Counted from the first letter of the stretch, positions 15,234-25,809 are shown. The stretch is 64,000 bases of DNA from a virus (IMGVR_UViG_3300035208_008180); one strand, 5' to 3'. Notes: a model not told the origin generated them from the sequence alone. Translations and numbers: made by a program.

Positions 15234-15841
15234 TAAAATCCCCTTCCCAAGCTTTCCATGATTCTGGTAATTCTTGATGGTGGAATTTTTTTCATTAACC
15301 TAAATTCGCCAGCCCCTTGAATAAAATGATCCTTTTCCTCATCAGCAGTATAGTGCGTAAGTTCCGCCATCCGACGAGCACAACTGTGCATTCTCTGAAT
15401 AAATTCCCCATCATGTTTTTCTAACCAACTTACCGGCAAAACAACTTCTACAACTATTGGAAAACTATTGGGATGCAAATTGGGCAATTTTCTGCGTATC
15501 TTTTTTTCGAGTTTGTATTTTACCAAATCATTCAATTCTCCACCATTTTTATAATGTCGAGAATATCTAGCTGCACTGATCTGTGAAGGGTGAAGACAAA
15601 TTGCTCCTTCTTCGTTCCAAAACACAGTATCCACACAAGCTTTCAACAGCTTTTCATCTGCCTCAAAACCATACATGCGAATTGCGTCTGCCACTCGTTC
15701 TGACAAACTTTTCAATGGCGGCAACAAACCATATTTTGTAATTGATGGTATAAAAACACTGGATGTGCCGTGGTATAATCTCAAGTCATTGTCAAAATTA
15801 TACCACCGCTTCGTGCCCAGCATTCTCCAAGGTTTGTGCAT
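15233..15841 (-). CDS. putative ADP-ribosyltransferase-fold (Tpt1/KptA-like) protein
   Basis: LYHGTSS..I..YGL N-terminal motif and GEF....IPPSRI tail. Confidence 0.45.
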   Translation of the reverse strand: MHKPWRMLGTKRWYNFDNDLRLYHGTSSVFIPSITKYGLLPPLKSLSERVADAIRMYGFEADEKLLKACVDTVFWNEEGAICLHPSQISAARYSRHYKNGGELNDLVKYKLEKKIRRKLPNLHPNSFPIVVEVVLPVSWLEKHDGEFIQRMHSCARRMAELTHYTADEEKDHFIQGAGEFRLMKKIPPSRITRIMESLGRGF

Positions 15842-15844
15842 TTT

Positions 15845-17026
15845 TTATCGAATGGCCTCCATAATCATGCCAACCGTTGTCCAATCACAAAGATTGCTCT
15901 CCAGTATTTCGTGGACGGTTCTGACTTCCAAGTAGGTCTGCTCTGAATCCGTCACATTATTTCCGTGAACTTCTCCAAGCCCGGCATTCATCTTTGCTGC
16001 CGTGATTTCCATCTTTGTCAACTCAACAGTAAACAAAGTGGCTTTGTGGGTGCTAAAGGTTCCCGCCAATTGCCGACTTTTGGCTTCCACAAAGCGATTG
16101 GGACTAATGGAAATACCTGTTTCTTCTTCCAATTCCTGAGCAGCAACCTCTCGTGGATTATCATTACCAAATGATGAGCCACTCGGCAATTCGTGGACAA
16201 ATCCATCAATTGTGCGATTTGGCGAACGGAATTCACGCACCAAAAGAATTTCCGTATCCAGCCAATCCTCGGCTTCGCCAACTCGGCCTTCCCCCTTGTA
16301 ATAAGCACAAATGGAGGAAATATCAGTGCGAGAAACAATGATTTCGTTTTCTTTGTGCCGCTGTTCTGCCTCGACCCATACATTCACCCAAATTGAAAAA
16401 CAAAATGGAAAATTGTTTTTCAACAGAAAATTCCATAGCACCTTGGCATCATCCAAACGATTGCCAACTGCCTTCAGTTGCTTTAGCCAATCTTGAAAAT
16501 GTTTAGTGGTCCAAATATGTCGAGGGATACAACGTTCACCACCTGTGCGGGAAATACCCTCTTTCAGAATGTCAGAAACCTCTTGGGCCAACTCATCTAT
16601 GTTTTTGTGTGGATAGGAATGAGTAATTTTATGATACATGTAATCCAGATAAGCGGTATGTGGAGACCCATCAGGACGACCATAAAATAATTTGCCAGAA
16701 TTAACCAACATCCCAAATTCGATGTTGGTGGTGAGTGCTGGCATATTGTGCATTTCACGGGGCACCCACATCAAAACAATGTCCGACATATTCATGGACG
16801 ATTGTTCCCACTCAATCTGTCCCATGTAATCAGTTAGCCAAACTCCATCCCGTGATTCAGGGACAAATACTACGCCATCGTAGCCTGCCTTCTCCAGGGC
16901 TTCCAACATTTTCGGTCGCCACGATTCTATGGCTAACGCCGGGGATTGGCGTGGAGTGGGACCGGCAAGAAAAATCGACTTGCTGAAAGATTCGGGAGCA
17001 GCTTCGCCAGCATAAATTACTTGCAT
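15845..17026 (-). CDS. nucleoside 2-deoxyribosyltransferase-like domain fused to Nudix hydrolase
   Basis: SIFLAGPTPR..WR..EWE..TTNIEFG plus ELPSGS..AAQELEEETG Nudix box. Confidence 0.8.
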   Translation of the reverse strand: MQVIYAGEAAPESFSKSIFLAGPTPRQSPALAIESWRPKMLEALEKAGYDGVVFVPESRDGVWLTDYMGQIEWEQSSMNMSDIVLMWVPREMHNMPALTTNIEFGMLVNSGKLFYGRPDGSPHTAYLDYMYHKITHSYPHKNIDELAQEVSDILKEGISRTGGERCIPRHIWTTKHFQDWLKQLKAVGNRLDDAKVLWNFLLKNNFPFCFSIWVNVWVEAEQRHKENEIIVSRTDISSICAYYKGEGRVGEAEDWLDTEILLVREFRSPNRTIDGFVHELPSGSSFGNDNPREVAAQELEEETGISISPNRFVEAKSRQLAGTFSTHKATLFTVELTKMEITAAKMNAGLGEVHGNNVTDSEQTYLEVRTVHEILESNLCDWTTVGMIMEAIR

Positions 17027-17195
17027 GTTTGATACTTTCTTGTTAGTTCAACTATTTTTTCTGGACGCCGCTCTCCATTCAACTCTTCAAGCAAATCTTC
17101 TGGATATGCTTGATAAAAATTTCCCCAAGGACGTTTGGTTTTTCGATTCCAAATCTTCCAGCCCTTTCCAGCCTCGGCCCTAGCAACAAATCGGT

Positions 17196-17933
17196 TCATT
17201 GCACTGGTTCTTCTGGACGTTTCTTGGAAAACTCTTTTTCTCCCCACACCTCAATGTAATACTCTTGTCCACTTGGTGTAAAAACAATCAGGAATGGGTC
17301 TTGTATCTTCGGTCGCTTTTTTACATCAAATTCTTCAACAATAAAATTTGCTTCTGGGCATCGCTTCTTAATATCCACCGCTGTTTGCAAAGCAAACTCT
17401 GGCATATCATTTTTGTATTGGTCAAGCGAATAACGAACCCATTTTGCCACCAACTGTTCTGGGGCTATGAAATTATAGATAATCAAATAGGGCAACAACG
17501 CACAAAGGAATGAGCCACCCAGCACACAGCCCACAACAATGGCCCAAACTGGCAAAGAGACACCAAAACGATTGCAAATTGCTGCTGTAATGCCAGCCAC
17601 TATCCAATACGCAATCGTTGCAAGCAATGTAGAACCCATACAATTGTCCAAAAAATGCAACATTTTAAATGTTGTTTTGTACTCAGGTGGCCTTTCTACA
17701 TTGCTGATTCTTGCTTCTTTGTAGGCTTGCACCGACTCTTGTGTGAATGGTCTAACATCCAAGGCGTTCAGAGCCACAATAAGCCTCCGAGCGGGGCTAT
17801 CGGCAAGCTGTGCTTCTATCTTTTTCTTCATTCGGCCATAGCCCAACAATTCATCTGCCGCCTTAGCCAAATCCAAATCTGATTTTTCACACTCTTCCGG
17901 CAGCCGCACTTGTTCTTTTACTAACGTTTGCAT
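17196..17933 (-). CDS. hypothetical membrane protein
   Basis: Two central hydrophobic helices; DPFLIV C-terminus. Confidence 0.6.
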   Translation of the reverse strand: MQTLVKEQVRLPEECEKSDLDLAKAADELLGYGRMKKKIEAQLADSPARRLIVALNALDVRPFTQESVQAYKEARISNVERPPEYKTTFKMLHFLDNCMGSTLLATIAYWIVAGITAAICNRFGVSLPVWAIVVGCVLGGSFLCALLPYLIIYNFIAPEQLVAKWVRYSLDQYKNDMPEFALQTAVDIKKRCPEANFIVEEFDVKKRPKIQDPFLIVFTPSGQEYYIEVWGEKEFSKKRPEEPVQ

Positions 17934-17944
17934 AATTTTTCTCC

Positions 17945-18361
17945 CTATTGTACGTCGCAAGCAGGAACACCAAACTTATGAAAATAACGCAATGGACGCC
18001 ACAGGTGCCCATTGACCCAAAATCCCCATTTGCGATATGGTCTGCCGCAAAACAGGATTGTCCACGCCCCGCCCTTGGGAATATCCAAGTAATGTCGTTT
18101 GTCAGCCTTGGATACCCACCACGAACCAGCTTTGACTTCAAATCGCCCTTCGGGAGTCACATTCGTGTAATGACCCTTGAGGATGATCGACACAAAATCG
18201 CAAGCATGATCGTGAAAATATCGTTTATCGTCGCTTCTGATCCAGTGATGGATTCGGATGGAAAAATTAAAAAAAATGAATGTCCAACGATAAAGGTAAG
18301 GACACTCAGATAAACCAAGGGGCTCCCTCCATCGAATTTGGAAATAGCGAAATGGTTTCAT
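17945..18361 (-). CDS. cupin-like phage protein
   Basis: RIHH..D..YFHDH..F.SIILKG.Y..H pattern. Confidence 0.6.
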   Translation of the reverse strand: MKPFRYFQIRWREPLGLSECPYLYRWTFIFFNFSIRIHHWIRSDDKRYFHDHACDFVSIILKGHYTNVTPEGRFEVKAGSWWVSKADKRHYLDIPKGGAWTILFCGRPYRKWGFWVNGHLWRPLRYFHKFGVPACDVQ

Positions 18362-18572
18362 TGTAAAAAAAGTCTATCTGCCCCTTGTTCTTGCAACCAT
18401 CGAGTCACCACCAAATGAAACACTCGGTGTATTTGCTCTGAAGTTAGTGGCTCCCCAGGTTTTTCATAATTAAAAAAACCTGCTTCCTTTAATTTGGCGA
18501 ACTCCAATTTTTCCAACAAAGATTTGGCGTCTTTGTCTTCAATGAGAATTACTTTCATCATTTCCTCCTAAG

Positions 18573-18649
18573 TCAGCGGGGCAGGATTCGAACACTGCGA
18601 CCTTCAGCTTGTTTATGGCTGATGCTCTGGCCAACTGAGCTACCCGCCG
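18573..18649 (-). tRNA. tRNA-like gene with 9-nt anticodon loop (undetermined or pseudo)
   Basis: CGGCGGG..CCCGCTG-A; canonical D-arm; TCAGC-CATAAACAA-GCTGA; bulged T-stem. Confidence 0.7.
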
Positions 18650-18653
18650 CAAT

Positions 18654-19019
18654 TTATTTGCCTTCTAACACTCTTGATGCCGCCTTTTTCAATTCCGAGG
18701 CAACCTGACTTTGAATGACGCCCGGAAGCTGTTTTTGCACCTCCTCTATAATCATAGGCCGAATGACAGGGGCCTCAATCCGCAAGTAATTACCCACTTC
18801 GTTTCTGATTTGGGCACGCACCAATTCATTCACGGTGACATTGCCAATGTGCATTCCCTGCAAATCAATGCCTTCGGTAATGCTTTTGGAAATCCTATCC
18901 TTCAAGCTATCTGCAAGATTGGTTAGAAGTTGTTCACCAACAATAGCCTCCAACTGGGCGTCATCTTGAAGCAACCGTTCCAAAACTGCTTGCGTCAATT
19001 TGAGTTGAATTTTAATCAT
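18654..19019 (-). CDS. hypothetical protein
   Basis: 121-aa ORF with RBS. Confidence 0.55.
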   Translation of the reverse strand: MIKIQLKLTQAVLERLLQDDAQLEAIVGEQLLTNLADSLKDRISKSITEGIDLQGMHIGNVTVNELVRAQIRNEVGNYLRIEAPVIRPMIIEEVQKQLPGVIQSQVASELKKAASRVLEGK

Positions 19020-19154
19020 GTTACCACCTTTCCAGCCATTCCAAAAACTTTTGGAATAACTTCATAGCAAGCATCATACCACAAATCGCCAACATTCCCA
19101 AGACGATTGGGCCAAATGGTTTGCTTGCCTCCCACAAATGTTGTATTGTGTCCA

Positions 19155-21149
19155 TTATCCTACTCCCCACAAAGCAAGGTCTGCTTCACTCGGCATACGC
19201 CAATCTCCCCGAGGGCTCAAGCTCACCGTTCCAACCTTGGGACCATCGGGTACACAATTTCGTTTGAATTGATTGTGGAAAAATCGCTTCAAAAATGTGC
19301 GAAGTGTGTTTTTGATAAACTCTGGCGAGTAATCCACATCAAACTTGCACTGATTTGCTAAATACAAAATCTTTTCTGGACTAAAGCCATTTCGCACAAA
19401 ATGATAGAGAAAGAAATCGTGCAATTCATATGGACCCAGGAAGTCCTCACTCGACTGTACCTCTCCGTTCGGTCCAACGGGAAGCAACTCAGGCGAAATA
19501 ACAGTGTTGACAATATCCATCAAAACTTCGGCTACGCTTCCGGGGATAGCAATATCACCTTTGGAATACCGATTCCTGGCAATCCATCCCACCAAAAATT
19601 TTACCAAAGTCTTTGGGACACCACAGTTTACATTATAGCTGGACATGTGATCGCCGTTATATGTGCTCCAGCCTAGAGCCATTTCGGACAAATCACCAGT
19701 GCCCAGAACAAATCCACGGGAGAACAATTCCAGTGTCCGCACTCGGGCTTGAATGTTTTCAAACTTCAAGTCTTTGCTGTTGGGTGGTATTTCTTGGAGT
19801 AATTCTTGAAATTCATCCACAGCTTCAGGGAAAAGCAACAAATGGTCAACATCAATGTCAAAGGGTTTGTAATTTTGGTCCTTGAAAATATTCAAGCAAG
19901 TTTTCCGAATGTCGATGGTTTCACAAGGCACATCTAGTAGTTTTGCCAATCGTTTTGCATTATTTAGCGTTTTGTCGGTAGTGCCAAAACCGGGCATAGT
20001 AATAGCTCGTACATCAACCCCAGCAGCCTTGGCAACCAGCAAAGCCAATGTGGAATCCAAACCACCGGACAGCCCAAGATACATCGGGTGTCCACACATC
20101 TGATCCCATCGTTTCTGCAAGCCCAGAACCTGAATCTTGAAAATTGTTTCACAACGATCATTCAATTGAGCATTGTCGGCGGGGACAAAGGGATGAGCAT
20201 CAACGTGCCGCTTCAATGGACGACTATCACTTGAGTCACGTAAATTAAAATCAATAAAGCGATAGGTCTGGTCGGGTTCCAAAGTGGCAAAACTGATGGT
20301 CTGTCGTCGCTCGTTCTGCAACTTCTCAACATCAACATCAGTAATGATAGAAGCGTGGGGCTCCAATCGCACCCGTTCCAAAATCGATCCATTTTCCGCA
20401 ATGATGCAGTCACCGGCCATCACAATATCACTGGTGGATTCTGTGGGACTGGCACAAGCGTAAATATAAGCGGCAATACAACGTCCCGACTGGGCTTGCA
20501 CAACCTGATGGGCTCGATAATCACCCTTGCCCACCACTTCATTGCTGGCAGACAGATTGAGCAGAATGTTCGCCCCAGCAATTGCTTGATGAGAAGATGG
20601 AGGAATAGGCATCCAACCATCTTCACATATCTCGACTCCTACAACCACTTCCCCAGCACGGAATAAAAGGTCGGTGCCAAATCGAGTATTTGGCATATAT
20701 TGTCGTCCCTCACAATACCTTGGGAAAGGAATGAGGGTTGAAATATTTTTTGCAGCTTTGAACCAACGGGATTCATAAAACTCTTTGTAATTGGGAATGT
20801 GCTGCTTGGGCACAATGCCCAAAATTTGTCCATTGGAAAGAACAGCCGCACAATTATAAAGAGCGTTGCCTACACGGAAAGGAAGACCAACCACAACCAA
20901 TTGGTTTTTTTCGACGCTGTTGGCTATTTCCCACAACCCAGCTTCGGCAGCATCCAGAAGTTTGGTTTGCCCAAACAGATCGCCGCAAGTGTATCCTGTA
21001 ATGGATAATTCGGGGAAAACAATGATTTCGGCAGGATCAGTTTTCGTAAAATAGAATATCGCCTGCTTGATTTCGGCAACATTGGCAGCAACATTGCCTA
21101 CTTTAACTTTAGGGGATACAGCGGCGACTCTGACAAGTCCAAAATTCAT
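19155..21149 (-). CDS. nadE: glutamine-dependent NAD+ synthetase
   Basis: Nitrilase domain (VFPEL, PKQHIPNYKEFYE, EICED) plus synthetase domain (GLSGGLDST, ENIQAR, GTGDLSE, SPEL, FKR..PDGP). Confidence 0.96.
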   Translation of the reverse strand: MNFGLVRVAAVSPKVKVGNVAANVAEIKQAIFYFTKTDPAEIIVFPELSITGYTCGDLFGQTKLLDAAEAGLWEIANSVEKNQLVVVGLPFRVGNALYNCAAVLSNGQILGIVPKQHIPNYKEFYESRWFKAAKNISTLIPFPRYCEGRQYMPNTRFGTDLLFRAGEVVVGVEICEDGWMPIPPSSHQAIAGANILLNLSASNEVVGKGDYRAHQVVQAQSGRCIAAYIYACASPTESTSDIVMAGDCIIAENGSILERVRLEPHASIITDVDVEKLQNERRQTISFATLEPDQTYRFIDFNLRDSSDSRPLKRHVDAHPFVPADNAQLNDRCETIFKIQVLGLQKRWDQMCGHPMYLGLSGGLDSTLALLVAKAAGVDVRAITMPGFGTTDKTLNNAKRLAKLLDVPCETIDIRKTCLNIFKDQNYKPFDIDVDHLLLFPEAVDEFQELLQEIPPNSKDLKFENIQARVRTLELFSRGFVLGTGDLSEMALGWSTYNGDHMSSYNVNCGVPKTLVKFLVGWIARNRYSKGDIAIPGSVAEVLMDIVNTVISPELLPVGPNGEVQSSEDFLGPYELHDFFLYHFVRNGFSPEKILYLANQCKFDVDYSPEFIKNTLRTFLKRFFHNQFKRNCVPDGPKVGTVSLSPRGDWRMPSEADLALWGVG

Positions 21150-21189
21150 GTTTTTGACCCTTTCAATCCCTCAATGTACAGGAAAACTA

Positions 21190-21504
21190 TCACCAGGGCG
21201 TTTTCTTCAAAATCGTCACTTTGGGGTATCCATCAAAGCCTTTAATCTCCATCCCTTTAATGGCTTTTATCATATCCCAGTTATGGTTACACTCCGTTTG
21301 TACTTCCTGTTCGGCATTGTCCAGGTCTCGCACCGCCATCTTGCCGCTGCCTCCGACATTTGTTTTAAACTCAACTGTGCCCGGCTTTGCACCATATTGT
21401 TCGTGCCATTGAAGATGGGCACTTATGGCCACATAGGTTACAAGGGCAATCACAATAAGCAAAACCGCACTCACAGGAATAATCCATTCCTTGATGATGT
21501 TCAA
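21190..21504 (-). CDS. hypothetical membrane-anchored protein
   Basis: N-terminal TM helix. Confidence 0.55.
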   Translation of the reverse strand: MNIIKEWIIPVSAVLLIVIALVTYVAISAHLQWHEQYGAKPGTVEFKTNVGGSGKMAVRDLDNAEQEVQTECNHNWDMIKAIKGMEIKGFDGYPKVTILKKTPW

Positions 21505-21830
21505 TGTGGTTCTCCTTCGGTTCTAGATATGGTTGGGTCTATTGGTCCTAAGCTGGGCCATTTTTCCCAGTGATGTGCCCTGCGTTCTTGTAACTGTTCT
21601 TGAATATTCAATCTCAGGTCATAACACTCATCAGCAGCATAAGCTGCCTCGGGTGGTTTCCGACCTTTGATATATTTTTCATGAAATACTTCCGTTGGGT
21701 CTTCCCCAGGCATAATGTAAAGCGGAAAATTATCACCATCAAAAGTATCGTGAACTACGACAACGTGGGATGCTCCCTTGTTTTGAGCAGTTTTAATCCA
21801 CCATTCAATATCTTGTCGAGTAGCGGTCAT
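21501..21830 (-). CDS. hypothetical protein
   Basis: 109 aa; HDTFD motif similar to WDTFD in the neighbouring ORF. Confidence 0.55.
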   Translation of the reverse strand: MTATRQDIEWWIKTAQNKGASHVVVVHDTFDGDNFPLYIMPGEDPTEVFHEKYIKGRKPPEAAYAADECYDLRLNIQEQLQERRAHHWEKWPSLGPIDPTISRTEGEPH

Positions 21831-21832
21831 AA

Positions 21833-22039
21833 TTATCCTACTGAAAACTTTTTGACAATATTGCCTTTTTTGTCCACAATATCGACCTGATCGGCACCTA
21901 TAGATCGAATGCGGTCTCCATAACGCTTCTGCACCTTATCCTCTGCTTCCTGCTGCGTGTTGGCCTCATCGATCAAAATAGTTTCATTATCAAAGGTGTC
22001 CCAATGATAAATGCCAAACTTTTTTTTGTGTTTAATCAT
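21833..22039 (-). CDS. hypothetical protein
   Basis: 68 aa with AGGAGGT RBS. Confidence 0.6.
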   Translation of the reverse strand: MIKHKKKFGIYHWDTFDNETILIDEANTQQEAEDKVQKRYGDRIRSIGADQVDIVDKKGNIVKKFSVG

Positions 22040-22200
22040 GGCTCACCTCCTTTCCTTTATTACTTTAATGCCTAGAAATGGATGTTGGTTTTGTTCGCCC
22101 AAATATCTGTTCAAAGCATCTTCGTCGGAAAAATCCTTGTCAAAAGTGCTGTGAACAATCTCTTCGTTATAGGCTTCATAAACTTGGAGAGTGGCAGTTA

Positions 22201-22524
22201 TCATTTTACTTCAAACCAAATAGACAAAAGATAGGCACATCCGGCAATTTTCCATTCATGATCGGGATCAAAAGACATTAGGCAAGCCTTGATATGAGCA
22301 AGGGCACGACTTTGATTGATGCCTTCTTTCACTATAAATACAACATCCTCTGCCCCGGAGAAAAACCACTTGTGGACAATTTTTGTGTATTTGTTTTCTC
22401 CCCAAAACTCTTTGGGAATATCTTCTCTTTTGGGCAGCCATTCAGCAATATGTTCTGGGCCTGCCCAAATATCCATTTGTGTAATATGTTCTTTTGGAGT
22501 CATTTTGGCTTCGCCCGTTCCCAC
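22201..22524 (-). CDS. hypothetical protein
   Basis: 107-aa ORF. Confidence 0.55.
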   Translation of the reverse strand: MGTGEAKMTPKEHITQMDIWAGPEHIAEWLPKREDIPKEFWGENKYTKIVHKWFFSGAEDVVFIVKEGINQSRALAHIKACLMSFDPDHEWKIAGCAYLLSIWFEVK

Positions 22525-22654
22525 TCTAACAGAAGTGATTTCGCCTTGCTGATAGAGGATACAACCTCTGCATCTTCCTCAACTTCATAATATGCTTCCA
22601 CAGTCTCAATGAGATCATTTAAAGCATTTGCTAGTTTTTCTTCCATGTTGCACC

Positions 22655-23548
22655 CTACAAATTTTCGAGATCATAAATCCCGTATAATTCATGCTCTCTA
22701 ATGTATTCCAACACCTTTTCATCCAATAATTTTTGATTTAGGCTTATGCCATTTTTCAAACATTCCCGCACCATCGTGGAAGATACTTCACCAATCTTTC
22801 CATCCGTATGACCCAAAAAGATGTGCGGTGGCTTCAAATACCAACCCATATCGGGGTCTCGCTCCACACCATCCCTTGGCACCACTATGAAGCGAATCAT
22901 TTTCTCAAGGTGTTCGTAATTAACCCACCTATCGAATTCATTGGCATTATCCATGCCAATGATCCAAGAAAAATCATATTGGTTTTTGGCAAAATCTTCT
23001 TCCAACAATAACTTAACAGTTTGGTAAGTTTCGCCACTGAGTTTGTTTCTAATCTCATAATCAAATGGTTTGATACGACCATCTGCCTCGCAAGCAATTT
23101 CCACCATGTTTAGGCGATGCTCGGCAGAAGCCATTTCCTTGCCAAACATATGGTGTTCACCGCACGGCATCAACCACACTTCATCAAAAGTCCGACTGGT
23201 ATTCAAAACAAACTGGGCAATGCGAATGTGGGCTTTTGTAACTGGATTGAAAGCTCCACCAAGAATAGCAACCTTGATCTTTCTTCCCAGGGAACGATAT
23301 TGCAGTTTGCGATCTTCAATCTTTGCCAATGTAGCCTGAATTAAATGTCCCGCATCCCAGCCACATTCATTGCATAATTGAATCAGGCTACAAAGGGCAT
23401 CACCAGCTTCTTCCTTCAGATTGCGAAGATCGGTGAAACGAACCAACTCCCTGACTTCACCCTCTATATCATCCAATCGCTGACGCAATGGAGTGCGACC
23501 AAAAGCACTGTCAAATGCCTCTTCGATTTGTGACTGATATGGTTCCAT
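22655..23548 (-). CDS. nadD: nicotinate-nucleotide adenylyltransferase with N-terminal MazG-like domain
   Basis: GGAFNPVTKAH, HRLNM, IIGMDN, VSSTMVR, YIREHELY; N-terminal EGEVREL..LKEEAGD pattern; start at MEPYQ. Confidence 0.88.
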   Translation of the reverse strand: MEPYQSQIEEAFDSAFGRTPLRQRLDDIEGEVRELVRFTDLRNLKEEAGDALCSLIQLCNECGWDAGHLIQATLAKIEDRKLQYRSLGRKIKVAILGGAFNPVTKAHIRIAQFVLNTSRTFDEVWLMPCGEHHMFGKEMASAEHRLNMVEIACEADGRIKPFDYEIRNKLSGETYQTVKLLLEEDFAKNQYDFSWIIGMDNANEFDRWVNYEHLEKMIRFIVVPRDGVERDPDMGWYLKPPHIFLGHTDGKIGEVSSTMVRECLKNGISLNQKLLDEKVLEYIREHELYGIYDLENL

Positions 23549-23549
23549 T

Positions 23550-24011
23550 TTACGCAACCTCTTCTTCCTCAATTTCTTCGGCATAACAATCATCGAGAGT
23601 TTCTTCAAGAACCTCTTTAATTGCTTGTTTGCTTTCTTTTTCTTTGTCTTTTTCTTTCCTCGGCTTTGGCAAATGCCTGAGTCGTATTTTATCAACAATA
23701 AAATTATTGATAAGAATGGCAACCGTCCTGGCTTTTTCGCCAAATTCCACCTTCAAAGCCTCTGGAAATTCCTCCACAGTAAGTGCTGGATTTTCTAACA
23801 CATGATAAGCAAACAATTCAACTCGCAAACCTTTCGTGTTGTCGGGCATAACCAAATCAAGATTTATGCCCAACTCTCTCAATGCCTTACAATGAGTGGC
23901 ACGAAGGGATGCATTCTTGAGAATTGTTTTAGCCAAGGGAGAAAGCTTTTGCCGCTTTTTTGCAGGCGGCTTCAAAGTAGTTTCATCTAATGGGGACGAT
24001 TCTGATGTCAT
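23550..24011 (-). CDS. hypothetical protein
   Basis: ORF upstream of nadD. Confidence 0.55.
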   Translation of the reverse strand: MTSESSPLDETTLKPPAKKRQKLSPLAKTILKNASLRATHCKALRELGINLDLVMPDNTKGLRVELFAYHVLENPALTVEEFPEALKVEFGEKARTVAILINNFIVDKIRLRHLPKPRKEKDKEKESKQAIKEVLEETLDDCYAEEIEEEEVA

Positions 24012-24183
24012 GATGTTTTCTCTAGGTATTCTATCTTCGTACAATCTTCTCCCGCCATAGCACGCCGCTCTCGAAGATGATTTTCACACAAACAAGTAGT
24101 TTTGCCATAGGCTGTCAATTTAGCCACAGCCTCACTTTGGCAGTGGTGCTCCATAATCCAGGCTTTGTAAAAATACTGACACT

Positions 24184-24423
24184 TCATGGTTCCACCGTGA
24201 TAACTACTTCTTGGGCAACAAACCTGATTAAACGAATAGTTTTTTTATAAGCCTTGGATTGGGTTTGCATTTGATTTGCGATGAGCGGCTGAGCAATCTT
24301 ATTGACATCAACCGACACCAACGGAATCAAGCCACAAGGCGTAAATCCCTGTTTAATCCCAACATCACCACTGCCTAATTCGTCTTCACCCATCCAAGCA
24401 AACAAGTCTGGTATTTTGTCCAT
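24184..24423 (-). CDS. hypothetical protein
   Basis: 79-aa ORF. Confidence 0.5.
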   Translation of the reverse strand: MDKIPDLFAWMGEDELGSGDVGIKQGFTPCGLIPLVSVDVNKIAQPLIANQMQTQSKAYKKTIRLIRFVAQEVVITVEP

Positions 24424-25149
24424 TATTCTTCTTTCTTCAAATCCCGCTTTGCGATAGCACGCTCTCTTTGATGTGTGACGACTTTGGTTTTCTTGCCGGG
24501 TTGGTCGCCTTGCCGTTTCAATCGGGATTTCCAGTGTTCGTATCCCGGTCCCTTGCTACCTTTTTTCGTTCGGCTCATATTCTCGCTCCAATTGTTTCAA
24601 CATATCCCCAAGCTGCCGACTTGCATTCAGGGCATCAATGGTCAAGCTAATTGGGCTACCCATCGGCAAACCAGGGAGCATAAAAGGATATTGATCTTGC
24701 CAATCATGCAACAAGCTAATTATTCTTCTGAGCTTGTTGAGGGAAGTCTTCGTGACCTTTGGAGTAACCCGGTATTCATTGCTCATCTAAAAACCTCCCA
24801 TTTTCATCCATTTTATTATCCCAAACAATAATAAATGGATCGCCGTTGGGTGTGTCGTTTTCCTTGTAAAGCACAATACAGTCTGATCGTCTTCGGCGGC
24901 GGGCTTCAAAATCATCTTTTGCCCTAAATTGACCAGAACCAGAATCGGCTTCCCAGTAATAAGTGGTCATACCGATTCGTCCTGCTCTTCCAACTTTCGC
25001 AACAACCGCATCAATTGGCTTTTGGCAGCACCAGCCAAGTCCCAATCGTCCATATCATAGGTGCCTTGCCAAACTTCCAAATCAGCAATGATCTTGCTCA
25101 GTTTACGCACGGCAACCTTGGGAACTTTGGGAGACTTCATGGCAACCTC

Positions 25150-25809
25150 CTATTTCACTGGCCCTTGGCCAGGAGCAAACATGCCATTTTTCTCGGCCTT
25201 CTTTTTGCCACCATCCAGGCCAAGATCGGTATCGTCTTCCTTGCCCGTCTCGGAAGTTCGCTGGGTGTCGGAAGATGTAATAAAGATGTATTGGTGGTCG
25301 GCAGGCGTCCCATCGGCTTCGGGATGTCCCTTTCGCTTCATAGGCATAGTATCACCGCCAAACATCTTCAACATCGGGCGAGACATAAACCCAGCAATAA
25401 GCGATTCCCGCTCAGCCACCATATCCTGAATGGATTTTTGGTCACGCAGAAAAGTCTTGCGTTCCGCTTCCACAGAATTCATCAAATCCTTCCAAAGAAA
25501 CATGGCTTTTTCAGGATCGGGATATTGCTCAGAAACGGTCTTGAAGAGTGCCCCACCCTTGCGACCCTCAATCAAATCGGCGTAAATCTCTTTCAACTGG
25601 GCTTGCCCAATATTGGCGATTTGCACCTTTTGGCTGAGAATCTTCTTCATCGTGTCAAACGATGCTTCATTGGAATTGGATTTTCCCTGAATTCCCTTAC
25701 GCAACCTCACCTCATTGTCGAAGTTCGACCAGCCAGAAATAAAGGTGCAGCCCCCCATCAGTAGCAGAAGACCACAAAACACCAGGAAAAAAGCCATCGG
25801 ACGGGACAT
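25150..25809 (-). CDS. membrane-anchored hypothetical protein
   Basis: N-terminal hydrophobic anchor, helical body; AAGGAG RBS; promoter 25861-25890. Confidence 0.65.
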   Translation of the reverse strand: MSRPMAFFLVFCGLLLLMGGCTFISGWSNFDNEVRLRKGIQGKSNSNEASFDTMKKILSQKVQIANIGQAQLKEIYADLIEGRKGGALFKTVSEQYPDPEKAMFLWKDLMNSVEAERKTFLRDQKSIQDMVAERESLIAGFMSRPMLKMFGGDTMPMKRKGHPEADGTPADHQYIFITSSDTQRTSETGKEDDTDLGLDGGKKKAEKNGMFAPGQGPVK

